Below, piece after piece: positions 26,884 to 38,823 of a stretch of DNA of 64,000 nucleotides. The translations under genes were made by a program, and so were the position numbers. The DNA is taken from NCBI GenBank assembly GCA_051294375.1, contig CM119264.1, positions 8,802,764 through 8,866,763 on the forward strand. Reading direction: 5' to 3'. The notes below the pieces were generated by a model that was not told the DNA's origin, ran no database searches, and saw only the letters and a program-made list of their open reading frames with translations. The DNA is from Paraspadella gotoi (Eukaryota > Animalia > Chaetognatha). The stretch's first letter is position 1, and the number at the start of each line of letters is the position of its first letter.

Positions 26884-27418
26884 CGGAAATGAATTTTTTT
26901 AAATGGAAATAAAAGACCACAAATGTGAAGATAAAAGAGAAAAACAAAAGAAGAATTCCCGCGCTCTGAGTTGTACTTAATTGTGCACAATTTCCACTCT
27001 GGCACAGTAAGCAATAACAAGGGTAGGTCGATGAAAAGACGTTAAAAATCGTAATATTTGTGAACGGGAAAGCGCTTTCTCGGTTTTGAAAATATATTGA
27101 AAACATATGTAAAATCAAATAGAAAGTTTACACGAAATAGAATTTTAAAACAACATAAAAAGCGACGTCATCAAGAAAAAAAATGAAAAGAGGAGGAAAA
27201 AACCGATGGAAGAAAGAAACAAACGCGAATGGAATCGAATCAAAATGGAAACGAGAAAAAAAAAACTTTTTCTTTTTTATTTAATTTTTATGACTAAATG
27301 AAATTTTATGACAGAATAAAACGTTCCCACGGACAAATTTAAAATTGACTGAGCGAAAACAGATCCGGGACAGTTTTGATCAATGGAAACTAGGACAAAA
27401 AAATTAAAATAATAGAAA

Positions 27419-27566
27419 ATAAAAGAAAAGAAAAGAAAAGAAAAGAAAAGAAAAGAAAAGAAAAGAAAAGAAAAGAAAAGAGAAGAAAATAAGAAAGGAA
27501 AAGAAAAGAAAAGAAAAGAAAAGAAAAGAAAAGAAAAGAAAAGAAAAGAAAAGAAGAAAGGAAAGA
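27419..27566 (+). repeat. (AAAAG)n microsatellite; mirror (CTTTT)n at ~15455-15545
   Basis: Directly visible pentanucleotide array. Confidence 0.95.
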
Positions 27567-27861
27567 GATGAGGGATAGGAAAACGTGGAAGCGACGAAGG
27601 AAAAGGAGCAGAAGATGTAATGGTGAGAAAAAAGTCCCGAAAACGAGAAAACTCGCCGAAGGTTTCCTTTTCCTTTTTCTTTTCCTTTTTTTTATTTTCT
27701 TTCGCTTTATTTTCTTCTCTAAACTTGTCTCTTCTTTCTTTTATTCCTTCTTTCTCTTTTCGCTTTTCTCAACCCAACCAAAAAAAAAGGTAAACAAAGT
27801 TTTCCGCCTTGAATCCAAAGCGATACTAGCGCACCACGAGATGAGGAATGGCTTGCGTGGC

Positions 27862-27939
<78 letters not shown>

Positions 27940-28478
27940 AAGAAAGAGAGAGAGAAAATGCCTATTTTTTTTTACGTGCCTATTTTGTTCTTTTATTTTT
28001 TAACTGAATCTGTAAACGTCTTATTTTTAAAAAAAGCGAACCATAAAACTTGCTTTTTTTTACAAATTAAACAAGAAGCGATTTAATTTTTTTTGAGAGA
28101 GAGTGAAAGAATAAAACAAAATTACGTAAATATGGAGAAATAGTGATGTTTGCAAATAGGACAAAATATTCCGTAGCATTCTCGAACAATCGTTCGAACA
28201 AATGTTCTAAATAAACTTTTGATTATCCGAAACTTCTTATTTGAGAAACAACAACACCTGATCGTCTAAAAAAAATTGTTCGCCCCCCTCCCTCGAATGA
28301 CACCTGGTGACAGGAACATCGACTCTGAAGCCTCGAGACAAGAGAAGATGATGGCGCTACCATCTTTCCCGTAATAAGAAGAAATAAAAAAAAAATAAAA
28401 AATGAGCATTGAGTCGGAAAAAAAAAGGTGAAATTAAATTCATGATTGATGAAGATGAATGTGCGTGGGGGAGAGGAC

Positions 28479-28533
<55 letters not shown>

Positions 28534-28912
28534 GACAGAGAGAGAAAGAGAGAGAGAGAAAGTGGGGTGAGTACATGGAACAGTTGCACATCTCTGCATC
28601 GAGTAACCAGCTCATTCTTTCAAACTCGAACCGAAGGAAACGTTAATTACTTTCAGACAATTTAAAACTAATATAAGGCCGATGCTTTGCTTACTCGCTC
28701 CCGCTTCCTGAATCTCAGCGCTTCAAAAATAAATATCCTCGAAATATTTTTTGTTAAAATTAATAAAAGTCATGTTTTGCTTATATTCTGAAACAGAAAC
28801 AAAATATTAATTAGTTTCGGTCAGGAAACTGTCGCAATATGAGGTAATATTTGTTGGAAAAGTTTTGTAACTGGTTCACTCTTCTTAAAGGATAAACAAG
28901 TTAACATATGAT

Positions 28913-28952
28913 CAGTCTCTTCGGAGGCGTGGGTTCGAATCTCACAGCTTCC
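28913..28952 (+). pseudogene. Isolated 3' half of tRNA-Leu (variable arm, T-arm/B-box, acceptor 3' strand)
   Basis: cagtctcttcggaggcgtgggttcgaatctcacagcttcc closely matches the eukaryotic tRNA-Leu 3' half CAGTCTCTTCGGAGGCGTGGGTTCGAATCCCACCGCTGCC. No D-arm or anticodon is visible upstream. Confidence 0.75.
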
Positions 28953-29280
28953 CCCACATTTAAGTAAGTAGACAGGGATTTCACATGAAACCAAAGTGGA
29001 TTTAATAAAAGTCACAAGCAAAGACGACGATTATAACAAGAGAGCGTGCTTTTGCGAACTCATCATTTACGACGACGCTCTGCCTCTACCCTCCTTTTAA
29101 GTCAATCCCCCAAATGAGACCTCATTGTCCTTTACGAAACTATTAGTCTACGACGGTCGCGAAATATGTTTCTTTCGGAGCTGAATTTCGTCTCGTATCT
29201 TGGTCTCATTCCCGCCCAAAGACGCGCGAAACGTTTCATTAAAAAAAAAATCTTAAAAGCATAAAGATCGAGCCGCTTTC

Positions 29281-29502
29281 GATAGTAACCAAATATTGAT
29301 GCGATGATAACCAATATTGATGCGATGATAACCAAATATTGACGCGATGATAACCAATAATTGAGGCGATGATAACAAAATGACTGATGTGATGATAATC
29401 AAATGATTGATGCGATGATAGTCATTCATTGATATGATGATAATCATTCATTGATACGATGATAGTCATTCATTGATGCGATGATAGTGATTCATTGACG
29501 CG
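29281..29502 (+). repeat. ~22-bp minisatellite, ~10 copies
   Basis: The unit gatgcgatgataaccaaatatt grades into gatgcgatgatagtcattcatt. Confidence 0.9.
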
Positions 29503-29563
29503 CTGAATCATTCATCGTAAATAAAACAAACAAATGCGTGTATGAGTGAAAGAGAGAGAGAGA

Positions 29564-29627
<64 letters not shown>

Positions 29628-29634
29628 CTGGACA

Positions 29635-29795
29635 GTTTTCCCGCCAACGAAACGCATTATTAGGTCTCTCGCTTATATAAAGAATAATCAGAATTTTTAG
29701 AAAAAAAATCCACGAAAATCTCGGATGTAAATTTGTGATTTTGTATTGAGAAAAAAGCGCGGAATAAATGGCGATAATAAAAGTTTTTGAGAAGG

Positions 29796-29863
<68 letters not shown>

Positions 29864-30216
29864 AGAGTGAGAAAGAGAGAGAAGAGAGAGTTTTCCCACC
29901 AACGAGACCGCATTATTAGGTCACTCTCGTTTATATCGGTTATCCGTTGCCTCGCAACGGCGTGTGAAATTGGGTCTATGTTGATTTTTTTTTATACACG
30001 TAAACGCGTTATTAGGTCATGTTCCTCGACATTGTTTACTTGTTGCTCCGCAACGACCACGAAATCTAGGTTAAGTAAGTTATTGTTTTTGGGATTTTGT
30101 ATTGAGATAAAATAATAAATGGCGATAATAAAAGTTTTTAGAAGGAAAAATCCACGAAAATCTCGGAATAAATGGCGATAATAAAAGTTTTTAGAAGGAA
30201 AAAAAAAGAGAGAGAA

Positions 30217-30251
<35 letters not shown>

Positions 30252-30290
30252 AGAGAGAAAAGAGAGATAGAGAGAAAAAGATTGTTTCTT
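29635..30290 (+). repeat. Compound degenerate tandem duplication interleaved with (GA)n
   Basis: 'aataaatggcgataataaaagttttt(g)agaaggaaaa' occurs at ~29763, 30114 and 30167 (also ~30811). 'cgcattattaggtc' occurs at ~29653 and 29909, and 'ccacgaaaatctcgga' occurs twice. Confidence 0.8.
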
Positions 30291-32910
30291 TTTTAGGAAG
30301 AAACCAGACCGAGGTCAAATTTAATATTTGCATATTTAATTAATTTATAAATAGTTATCACAACTCAAATAATTATTATTTAAAAAAAAGTTAAAAATGA
30401 TTAAATATATACACTAAAAATATTTATAAATTTAATAATAGTACAAATTATCAGAATAACAAAAAAAGTAATGTTTAATTTGACTATATCTCTCTTATCA
30501 ACTCCTATTTTAGATATAATTTGCCAATAGTGGGCCAACCGGTCCAAAGTTGCAATAATAAATAAAAACAAAATTTTTTTTTTTATAATGTGATGCATGC
30601 AATTATATTATTCGGCGAAAGTGCTGCATATATAATAGGTCACATTAGCTGATTTATATGTAATAATGCATATCATTATAAGTTATTCTTCATTTTTTTA
30701 AAAAAATAAGATAGAGAGAGAGAGAGAGAGAGAGAGAAAGAAAAACCGAATTTCTTTCCAATTATATCTCAGATATAAATTTGGATTTTGTATTGAAAAA
30801 GAAAGCGCGGAATAAATGGCGATAATAAATTTTTGAGAAGGAAACAAATAATCAGAATTTTTCAAAAAAACGAACGATCGTACAGAGTGAGAGAGACAGA
30901 AAGAGAGAGAAAGAGAGACAGAAAGAGAAAAAGAGAGACAAAGAGACAGAAAGAAAGAGAAAGCTGGAAGCCAGCTGAACAGTCACTGCAGAACCTGAAC
31001 TCGTTTTTTAAGGGTTCAGAAAAAGCAGCAGCTGACAAATATAGGAAGAAAATCTATATATAATTTAAAGAAATAAAAGAAAGGCAAAAATATGTTACAA
31101 TTGTTTACAATTGAGAAATTTTCAATTTTTTCCAATCGCAGCTTGTAAAAGATTTAATTTATATTTGTATTAAAATTAAGAATATAGCTTCTCATTAAAA
31201 AAATCCTTTGATTTCCCATTTTTTATTAAAAATTTAAAACAAATTTTTTGAATTTCATCTTCAATATTATATACTGCAATATGTAAATTAGATTAAAGCA
31301 TTTCTATATACTAATTTGGATATTATAAGGAGTACTTTAATCTCATTTGAATATTGCAGTAAATCATAATGAAGTGGAATTCAAACAAAAAATACTTAAA
31401 TCCAAATGTAATATGAAAAATATCACAGCTATTTCAAGATGAAAAGCCATATCTAAATTTTTAACTTACTATGATCGCCACACTTTTGTAAAAACTTTAT
31501 CATAATTCATAATAATTTTTATTTAAAAAAAACGGTAAGTCACAGCCAAACCTATAAAAGTCGTAGTAGTTTTTATATATGAAAACAGCGTGACGGACGA
31601 CGACGACGACGACGACGACGACTACGTCACAAAGAAGCAACCCTAAAACATTATAGAGCCTGACCCGGCTTCGCGGTCAAGGCTCGATAATTAATAAACT
31701 CTTGTTTAAAAATTATAAAAAGAAAGACGAATAGTTGACTTGAATAATGGTTGAACTCTAGCGGCCTCTCGCCGTCGCCGGCAGTTTCATATATTTTCTC
31801 TCGAAATCCATTAAATCTCTTTGTCGCTTCATTCCTCGTTTGTTTTAATCTCCGCAACTCTTTTTTTTTACTGTGGCGTCCGTCGAGGGATGGGTATGCT
31901 GTCGATTGTTGCTTAATAACAATGCTTATTTATGCTTATGCTTATGCTTTATGCTTATTTATATATTTATTTTTGGAGGATTTAAAATAAAATAAAATTT
32001 AATTTAAAAATGAGAAAGAAGTTCCGATTTTAATTAAGCGATCTTGATGCCCACGAATTCTTGCGGACGAATAGCGACCTCGTGAATTATTGGCAATGAT
32101 AAAAAATATACGCTGATTCTAGCTATTGAAACTTCTTTGCTGCCGAGTTCGGACGAACACCGAAGATAGTTGCAGCAGTTTGTACGATAGGTTCCAAGTT
32201 TATCAAAATAAGTCTTTCCCTATACAATTAAGTTTTAAGAATTACCAATTCTACGCGCTCACTTATCAACTTAGGCAAAACATTTTTTTTTTCCTTTTCC
32301 AATGTGGAAATAAATTAAATCATACGACTGTACAGACATAAAATCTTTTAACTCCTTTTCAGTCCATAAACTGCGCGCGTAAAACGCCGGTTCCCATCCA
32401 AGAAAAAAAAAAAAGGAAAACATTTGGGAGGATTTAAAGATTCGCCCCCTCGAATAAATCGATCCATGGCCTGGCGCGCCAGCTTCCGCTCAGANNNNNN
32501 NNNNNNNNNNNNNNNNNNNNNNNNNNNNNNNNNNNNNNNNNNNNNNNNNNNNNNNNNNNNNNNTCTCTCGTTCTCTCTCTATCTCTTCTTCCCTCTCATC
32601 TCTCTCTCTCCTCTTCTCTCTCCTCTCTCTCTCTATCTCTCTCTCATCCATCCCCGCATTAATTCGCGCTTTTAAACTTCAAAATCCTCTCTCGAGGAAG
32701 TCGAAGAAAAGTCGCTGATGGAGACGATAGCCGAACGAAACTGTTTTATATGCTCTCGGTCCTTGAATGCGGTCGTGGCTGAGAGCTCTTGTAAGAATCT
32801 TCGCTCGTTCTCGCAAAGGGGGCTTAATGTTTTCAAAATTTAAAGTTAGAAAGTTCGACGGAGACTGAAGGCGGTCGACGGTCGGGATCAGGTTCCGCGA
32901 ATTAGTCGCC

Positions 32911-32924
32911 GTTGCTATGGCAAC
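32911..32924. promoter_or_regulatory. RFX X-box consensus (GTTGCTATGGCAAC) with an adjacent E-box (CACGTG at 32934-32939)
   Basis: Matches the 14-bp near-palindromic X-box consensus GTNNCY-AT-RGNAAC, in a CpG-rich intronic patch. Function is untested. Confidence 0.4.
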
Positions 32925-33578
32925 GTTACGAGTCACGTGGGGGGATGAAGGCAAGGAGTGAAAAGAAGAGAGTAAAAAGGGGAAAGATAGGAAATGATAA
33001 AAAAGAGAAGATTGGAGAGAAGAGCAAAAAGTAAAAAAGCTACAATAGCTACATAGAAGAGCAAAGATGGGAAGGGACTAAAGAATTTAAGAGCTAACTA
33101 AAGATAAGAGAGAAGAAACTATAAAGATGAAAGAGAGGTTAAAAGAGAGCAGAGGGAATACTGAGAGGATTAAATTCCTTCACAGATGGCCGTAACTTTA
33201 TACTTTTGTTTTTGTTTCTCTTTGTCATTAACTTTTTTTTGAAAAAACAGATTCAAATATTGTTTTTCCTCATCGATTACCTATTTATTTCACATTCACA
33301 ATATGTAAAACATTCTACCTGAAAGATGTTTATATTAATGCATATTCGTACAACTAATTTCGTTAATATATTTAATTTATTACATAATATTTTCCCCTTC
33401 CCAACTTCCCTTGTCTCCCCACTATTTCCCCTAACGGCCCCCGCGTCTTTCATCATTGCGCCATTGACGTATGCGTCCATAACATAGCAACATTGACCTA
33501 TGGATCTATCGTCACTGCGCCATTGACCTATGCATCTATTCCCGAAGCCGAGATTTTTTATCCATTCTCTCCTCGGAA

Positions 33579-33673
<95 letters not shown>

Positions 33674-34207
33674 TTCTCTCTCTCTCTCGGATCGAAAGGT
33701 CAGAAGGCGGCCTTTCGACCGAAAGCCGCAGATGCGATGGCATCTGACGTCGAAACTCAGGAATTAATCGCGGGAAAAAACAAAAGATACGCGGCGGAGA
33801 AAAGAGAGAAAGAAGGAAAAAGATGGCGGAATAGCGAGTATTAATGGGAAGACGAGGGAGATGGTGAGCCTGAGGGAAGATGGTTGAAGAGAGAGTGGCA
33901 CTGCTGTTGAAGAGAGAGTGGCACTGCTGGTAAAAGAGGAGACGGGAAAGGTTATGAGGATGCTCTAAGAGGATGGAATAATTGTCTATGAGAGGAAACA
34001 TGAATCTCAGTTATGAAGAAAGTAAAGTGGTAAATATAGATTAAAAATCTTAATGAATGACTTTTACGAGTTTGCTTTTCATATTGAATACAATGACAAT
34101 AAGTGGAAACCATGTTTTTTTTTCAAACGGTCAAACAATGTGTAAGATAAACGGTTGCAATGAAAGAGAGAGAGAGAGAAAGAGAAAGAGAGAGAGAGAA
34201 AGAGAGA

Positions 34208-34280
<73 letters not shown>

Positions 34281-35183
34281 AGAGAAAGAGAGAGAGAGAG
34301 AGAGAAATTTTATGCCGGTTGAGGATTCAGAAGATTGCTTAATGGAACGCAGTAAAGTTTAGTACCATTTCTTTCTTTTTCTCCGGTCTTCTTTCGTTCC
34401 TCTTTCCTCTCTTTCTTTATCCCTTTAATTTCCTTTAAACATTTTATCCCCGCTTTCCTTCCGCCATTTTTTTTTCTAGGAAAAGACTCGAAATTGTAAA
34501 CGAATCGATTAGGATTCCGCTTTCGTGGCAACTTTTGTATTTGTTGAGTGGAAAAGTTGATAATTGGTTTCCAGTCCGCGTCCATTTAACTGATATTTAA
34601 AAGGAAGCGAAGAGAGAAACATTGGCTTAATTTCGTTAATCGATTTGGCAGAATTGCGTAAACTTTTAAAACCGAACGGAATCGTACAGCGATAGGGGTA
34701 AAGAAAGACTGTTTCATCACTGACCGAGAAGATGACTTATCTTGAAAAAAAAAATCTAATAAAATAAGACCAAATGAATCTCATACTGTGAACAAAATTT
34801 GTAGAAGAAAGAAGACCACACCTAATTTAAAAAAAAAATTAACTTAAATAGACAAGATTAATAATACTAAATGCTTAAGTGCAAAACAAGGCAAAGTAAA
34901 AAAAAATTAAGGGTTTTTCTCCATCATCGCATTCTCTCTCCTTTTTTCCTCCCTACGGTCTCTTCTCCTCCTCTTCCTCTCAGCTTTCGGTTTCACGTTC
35001 CTTCTTTTCACAGTAGAATTCACTTCAGTGTGAAAATGAATCTTGAGGAAGAAAAAAAAAGTTTAAAAGATGCGAGTGAGAAAGACAAAAAAAAAGAAAG
35101 TCTGTCTTTTGAAAATCTCCGATCCTCACAGTCTTTTTCCCACGCCTCCTTTATCTCTCCGACTAAAAACCTTCTCATCTCTA

Positions 35184-35214
<31 letters not shown>

Positions 35215-35582
35215 CGTCTCTCTCTCTCTCTCTCTCCTCTCTCTCTACTCCTCTCTCTCTCTCTCTCTCTCTCTCTCATTCCTTTGTCTTCTCAGCAATT
35301 TCCAAGTTCCACCCGTTTTTTGCCATATCGTCCAGCCCATTTCCTCCACTTTCCATTCTTTTTTTTTCTCTCTCCTTTCTAAGCATCGACCTCTTTCAAT
35401 CCATCTCCATTTCTTTTTTTTTTTCCTCACCCTCATGTAGGAAGGGGAAAACCATCACACCTTCGGGTCTCAGACATTCGTCCAGGAGTTACCTTTCTCC
35501 TTCCTCATCCTCACCCTCCTCCGTTCTCCCTTTTCTCACTGAACTTACGCATATTCTCTTCCCTCCGCTATCCCTTTCTCAC

Positions 35583-35753
35583 CTGCACGATGTTGGAGCA
35601 CTTGTACTGGCCGGAATAGTCTCCCGCCCTGAATGTTGGCACGGTCAAGTAATGAGAGTCGAGGGTTGTCGGCGAACTGATATTTCCCCAGATCGATCGT
35701 GGTGGTCGACGGCGATTCCGCCGATCGAGGAGAAACTTTAACGGTCGCGTTGC
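35583..35753 (-). CDS. IgSF exon, second half of first Ig (V/I-set) domain, ...DSHYLTVPTFRAGDYSGQYKCSNIVQ; apparent indel errors
   Basis: Acceptor tttcctctag| and donor CAG|GTGAGA, with an Ig F-strand motif SGQYKC. The phase-2 join to the upstream exon gives WIR|QRD, similar to Dpr-type WIRxRD, and then needs frame correction. Confidence 0.75.
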
Positions 35754-36606
35754 CTAGAGGAAACGAATCGATTGTTTATGGAATGGTATTAAGAGACGTA
35801 TTTGTATTATATTCAATAGAACTCATACGAGGGTAATGTATGAAAATCGCAAGACACTTGTTTTACTTGTATTATGACTACTGACAAGTGGCCTGAACTC
35901 TGAAGCCGAGAGATATGAATTTTTACATTCGAAATTTTTTGACAATCATTTCCCATTTCGTCGTTATTTATCTGCTTCCGTGAATAAATCTAATGGTTAA
36001 TATTAATAAAAGTGATACACTTTTCTTTCTTTTCTACACAGAAGCAAAACATTAGCAATAGGTTCCAAATTAAGCATTCGAACATTCGCCGGTCTTCAGT
36101 GACTGAATTAAAGATTAGTCGATTTAGTAGGAAATGGAATTTTTCGTGTGTGAATAAGACTTGAAATTAAAGTCCAGATTTAAAAAGAAAAACAGAGAGA
36201 ATCAACGTGTAAAGGCGAGGTCTGAGACGATATTTTAAGGAGATCAGAGAAGGAGGCCCGAGAGGAAGCCGATAAAGAAAATGATAACAAGAGACAGAAA
36301 GTCGACCGGTCGGAAAGACTAAACCGATCATTGGACGTTTAAGAGGGCCAAAGAGAGAGATCGAGAAGAGTCTAGAGAAGAGGAGAAGAATGAGAGAGAG
36401 AGAGAGATTGAGAGAACTGGAGAGAGAATGAGAGAAGAGAGTGAGAGAGAAGAGAGGAAAAAAGAAAAGAGAGAGAAAGAGAGAGAGAGAGAGCAAGAGA
36501 GAGGAAGAAGAGAGAGAGAGAGAGAGAGAGAGGAGGAAGAGGAGAGATGAGAGAGAGAAGAGAGAAGAGAGAGAGAGAGAGAGAGAGAAAAGAGAGAAGA
36601 AGAAGA

Positions 36607-36639
<33 letters not shown>

Positions 36640-36764
36640 GAGAGAGAAATAGAGATTGAAAGTTACAGCAGAAGGAAAAAAAAAACCAATCTTAGCCCAA
36701 AAGAAAGTCAACCGTGACAAATCCAAAAACAGAGGAGGCAGATTAGATGAGCAACTCCGTCTCT

Positions 36765-36840
<76 letters not shown>

Positions 36841-37477
36841 GCTTGTGTGCGCGCCGTTTTTTTATTCCTTTGACACCTCTTGTTTTGTGACTTCTTGACG
36901 AAAATTCAAATTTTAATATTCATTGGAAGAGAACAACACAGGTACAATCAATTATTCATGTCTTATTTATTAAATCAAGGGAGAAGAAAAATGACAGATT
37001 TTTTTATGTAATGTTTAGAAAGAACGAAAGAACGACCAAGATCCTTTCCTTTTTCGCGCAAACTCTTTTCGAATAATCATATTTATCCAGTTCTTCCCCC
37101 CCCCCTTCTTTTTCTCTGATTAGAAAACCAAGTTTCTTCACAACTCGTCACCTGTGTCACGTTTCACGTGTCGCGCGTTCACCGTTCCTAATCGCGTCGC
37201 TTTTTCACCATTCAGACTCTTTTCACTTTTTCCCTCGTCCTTATAAAGATTTCCTTTTCCCCCTCAACATTTACCGTTAGAGACTCGACCGACGCCATTT
37301 TTCTCTCTAAATGAAATGAAGATTAAAATTCTCTCTCTCTCTCTCTCTCTCTCCTCTCTCTTTCTTTCTTTTTCTTTTTCTTTCTTTCTCTTTCTTTCTT
37401 TCTTTCTTTCTTTCTTTTCTTCTTCTTTCCTTTCTTTCTTTCTTCTTTCTCTCTTCCTCCCCTCTCACTCGCTCTTA

Positions 37478-37563
<86 letters not shown>

Positions 37564-37746
37564 CCAAGCGTCTCTATTTCAGATCAGGCGACTCATTCCT
37601 CGAATTTAAATGGGGAATCGGCGACAGGGGAATCTCTTCCACATCTCTCTGCTCTCGCCGTGAAAATCTCCCAGATTGTTTGCAGTTCTTTGGATCGTCT
37701 TTTATCTTGAGAAGGGGTAGAGATCGAGAGAGAGAGAGAGAGATAG

Positions 37747-37800
<54 letters not shown>

Positions 37801-38304
37801 AGAGAGATTGTTCGAGATTTTCAACTTTCATCTCAAAGATGAGGCGATGAGACGAAAATCAAGGGAGCGACTGTCACGTAATTTAATCAAACCGTCGCTG
37901 AATTAATTTTCCAAATTCGCCTCGTATAAGACCGTCTTAAGACGTATGAAATCTGAATGTGACTTTAATGGAATATTAAAATTCCACGCGTATAACAAAA
38001 AAATAGTGAAAAAAAAAAAATATATGGACGTAAAAGGGCTTTCGACTTTAATCGCTTTTTTAAAATTTTTTAGAAGAAAAAACCCCGGTTAGAAGTAATG
38101 TAAACATGTGTCAAAACTATAGAAAAAATTCAAATATATAGTAAAAGCAGTTATCATTTTATGTGGAACAAATTTTTAGAAGAAAATTTTTTAGCATTTT
38201 TTTTTCTTTTTTTCTCGCTCGCTTTTCCCCTCTTCGACATTTTCCTTCCTTCCTTCCACCATTTCCCTCAATATTTCTCTATGTTTTCTTTATCCTCCTC
38301 TTTC

Positions 38305-38710
38305 TCCCTCCCAACCTTTTATATTTTCTTTTATCCTCCCTTCCTCCCTCCTCCCTCCAAACCTTTCATATTTTTTTATTCTCCCTTCCTCCCTTCCTCC
38401 CTCCCAACCTTTTATATTTTTTTTATTCTCCCTTTCCTCTCTTCCTCCCTCCCAACCTTTTATATTTTCTTTATCCTCCCTTCCTCCCTTCCTCCTCCCA
38501 ACCTTTTATATTTTCTTTATCCTCCCTTCCTCCCTTATTCCTCCCTCCAAACCTTTCATATTTTTTTTATCCTCCCTTCCTCTCTTCTCTCCCTCCCAAC
38601 CTTTTATATTTCTCTTTATCCTCCCTTCCTCCTTCCTCCCCTCCCAACCTTTCATATTTTTCTTATCCTCCCTTCCTCCCTTCCCCCTCCCCCCCAACCT
38701 TTTTTTATTT
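38305..38710 (+). repeat. ~42-45 bp pyrimidine-rich minisatellite, ~9 copies
   Basis: Unit cctcccaaccttttatattttctttatcctcccttcctc(c). It begins just 3' of the donor of exon 38823-38730 in gene orientation. Confidence 0.9.
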
Positions 38711-38729
38711 TCTCCCTCACCCAACTCAC

Positions 38730-38823
38730 CGTATCCACACGGCCGGCACAGTGGACTTGCACTCCAGCGTGATGGACGAGTAGGCGGGAATCATGTAGTG
38801 AATGTGTTCTATGGCCAGACCCA
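38730..38823 (-). CDS. IgSF exon, end of signal peptide and start of first Ig domain: (V)GLAIEHIHYMIPAYSSITLECKSTVPAVWI(R)
   Basis: Polypyrimidine tract plus cccaaag| acceptor, donor CG|GTGAGT; 94 nt, phase 1 in, phase 2 out. 'SITLEC...VWIR' carries the Ig B-strand Cys and C-strand Trp. Confidence 0.8.

Larger units (their letters stand above)
24462..31870 (-). repeat. Right (cleaner) arm of the large inverted duplication; partner 11046-21705
   Basis: Reverse complement of the left arm. Its microsatellites are pure, and it holds the intact exon 25333-25245. Confidence 0.95.

Noticed and set aside
28913-28952. Functional tRNA-Leu gene
   Set aside because: Only the 3' half is present. There is no D-arm, A-box or anticodon loop.
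29281-29502. CRISPR-like periodicity (also 38305-38710 and 41318-41530)
   Set aside because: Head-to-tail units without unique spacers, no cas genes, and a eukaryotic context.
11046-31870. Giant transposon (Foldback or Polinton-type) with long terminal inverted repeats
   Set aside because: The arms contain host intron and exon sequence. No transposase, integrase or polymerase ORF and no TSD is visible, and the divergence is one-sided insertion noise.
32679-32954. 91-aa minus-strand ORF as an extra Ig-gene exon
   Set aside because: No convincing splice sites or Ig motif, and exons 35583 and 25333 already join seamlessly.
33883-33929. 23-bp perfect tandem duplication (gttgaagagagagtggcactgct x2)
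   Set aside because: Ordinary slippage duplication with no inserted element between the copies.
38161-38783. 203 and 206 aa + strand ORFs
   Set aside because: Translations of the 43-bp minisatellite. The real exon here is on the minus strand.
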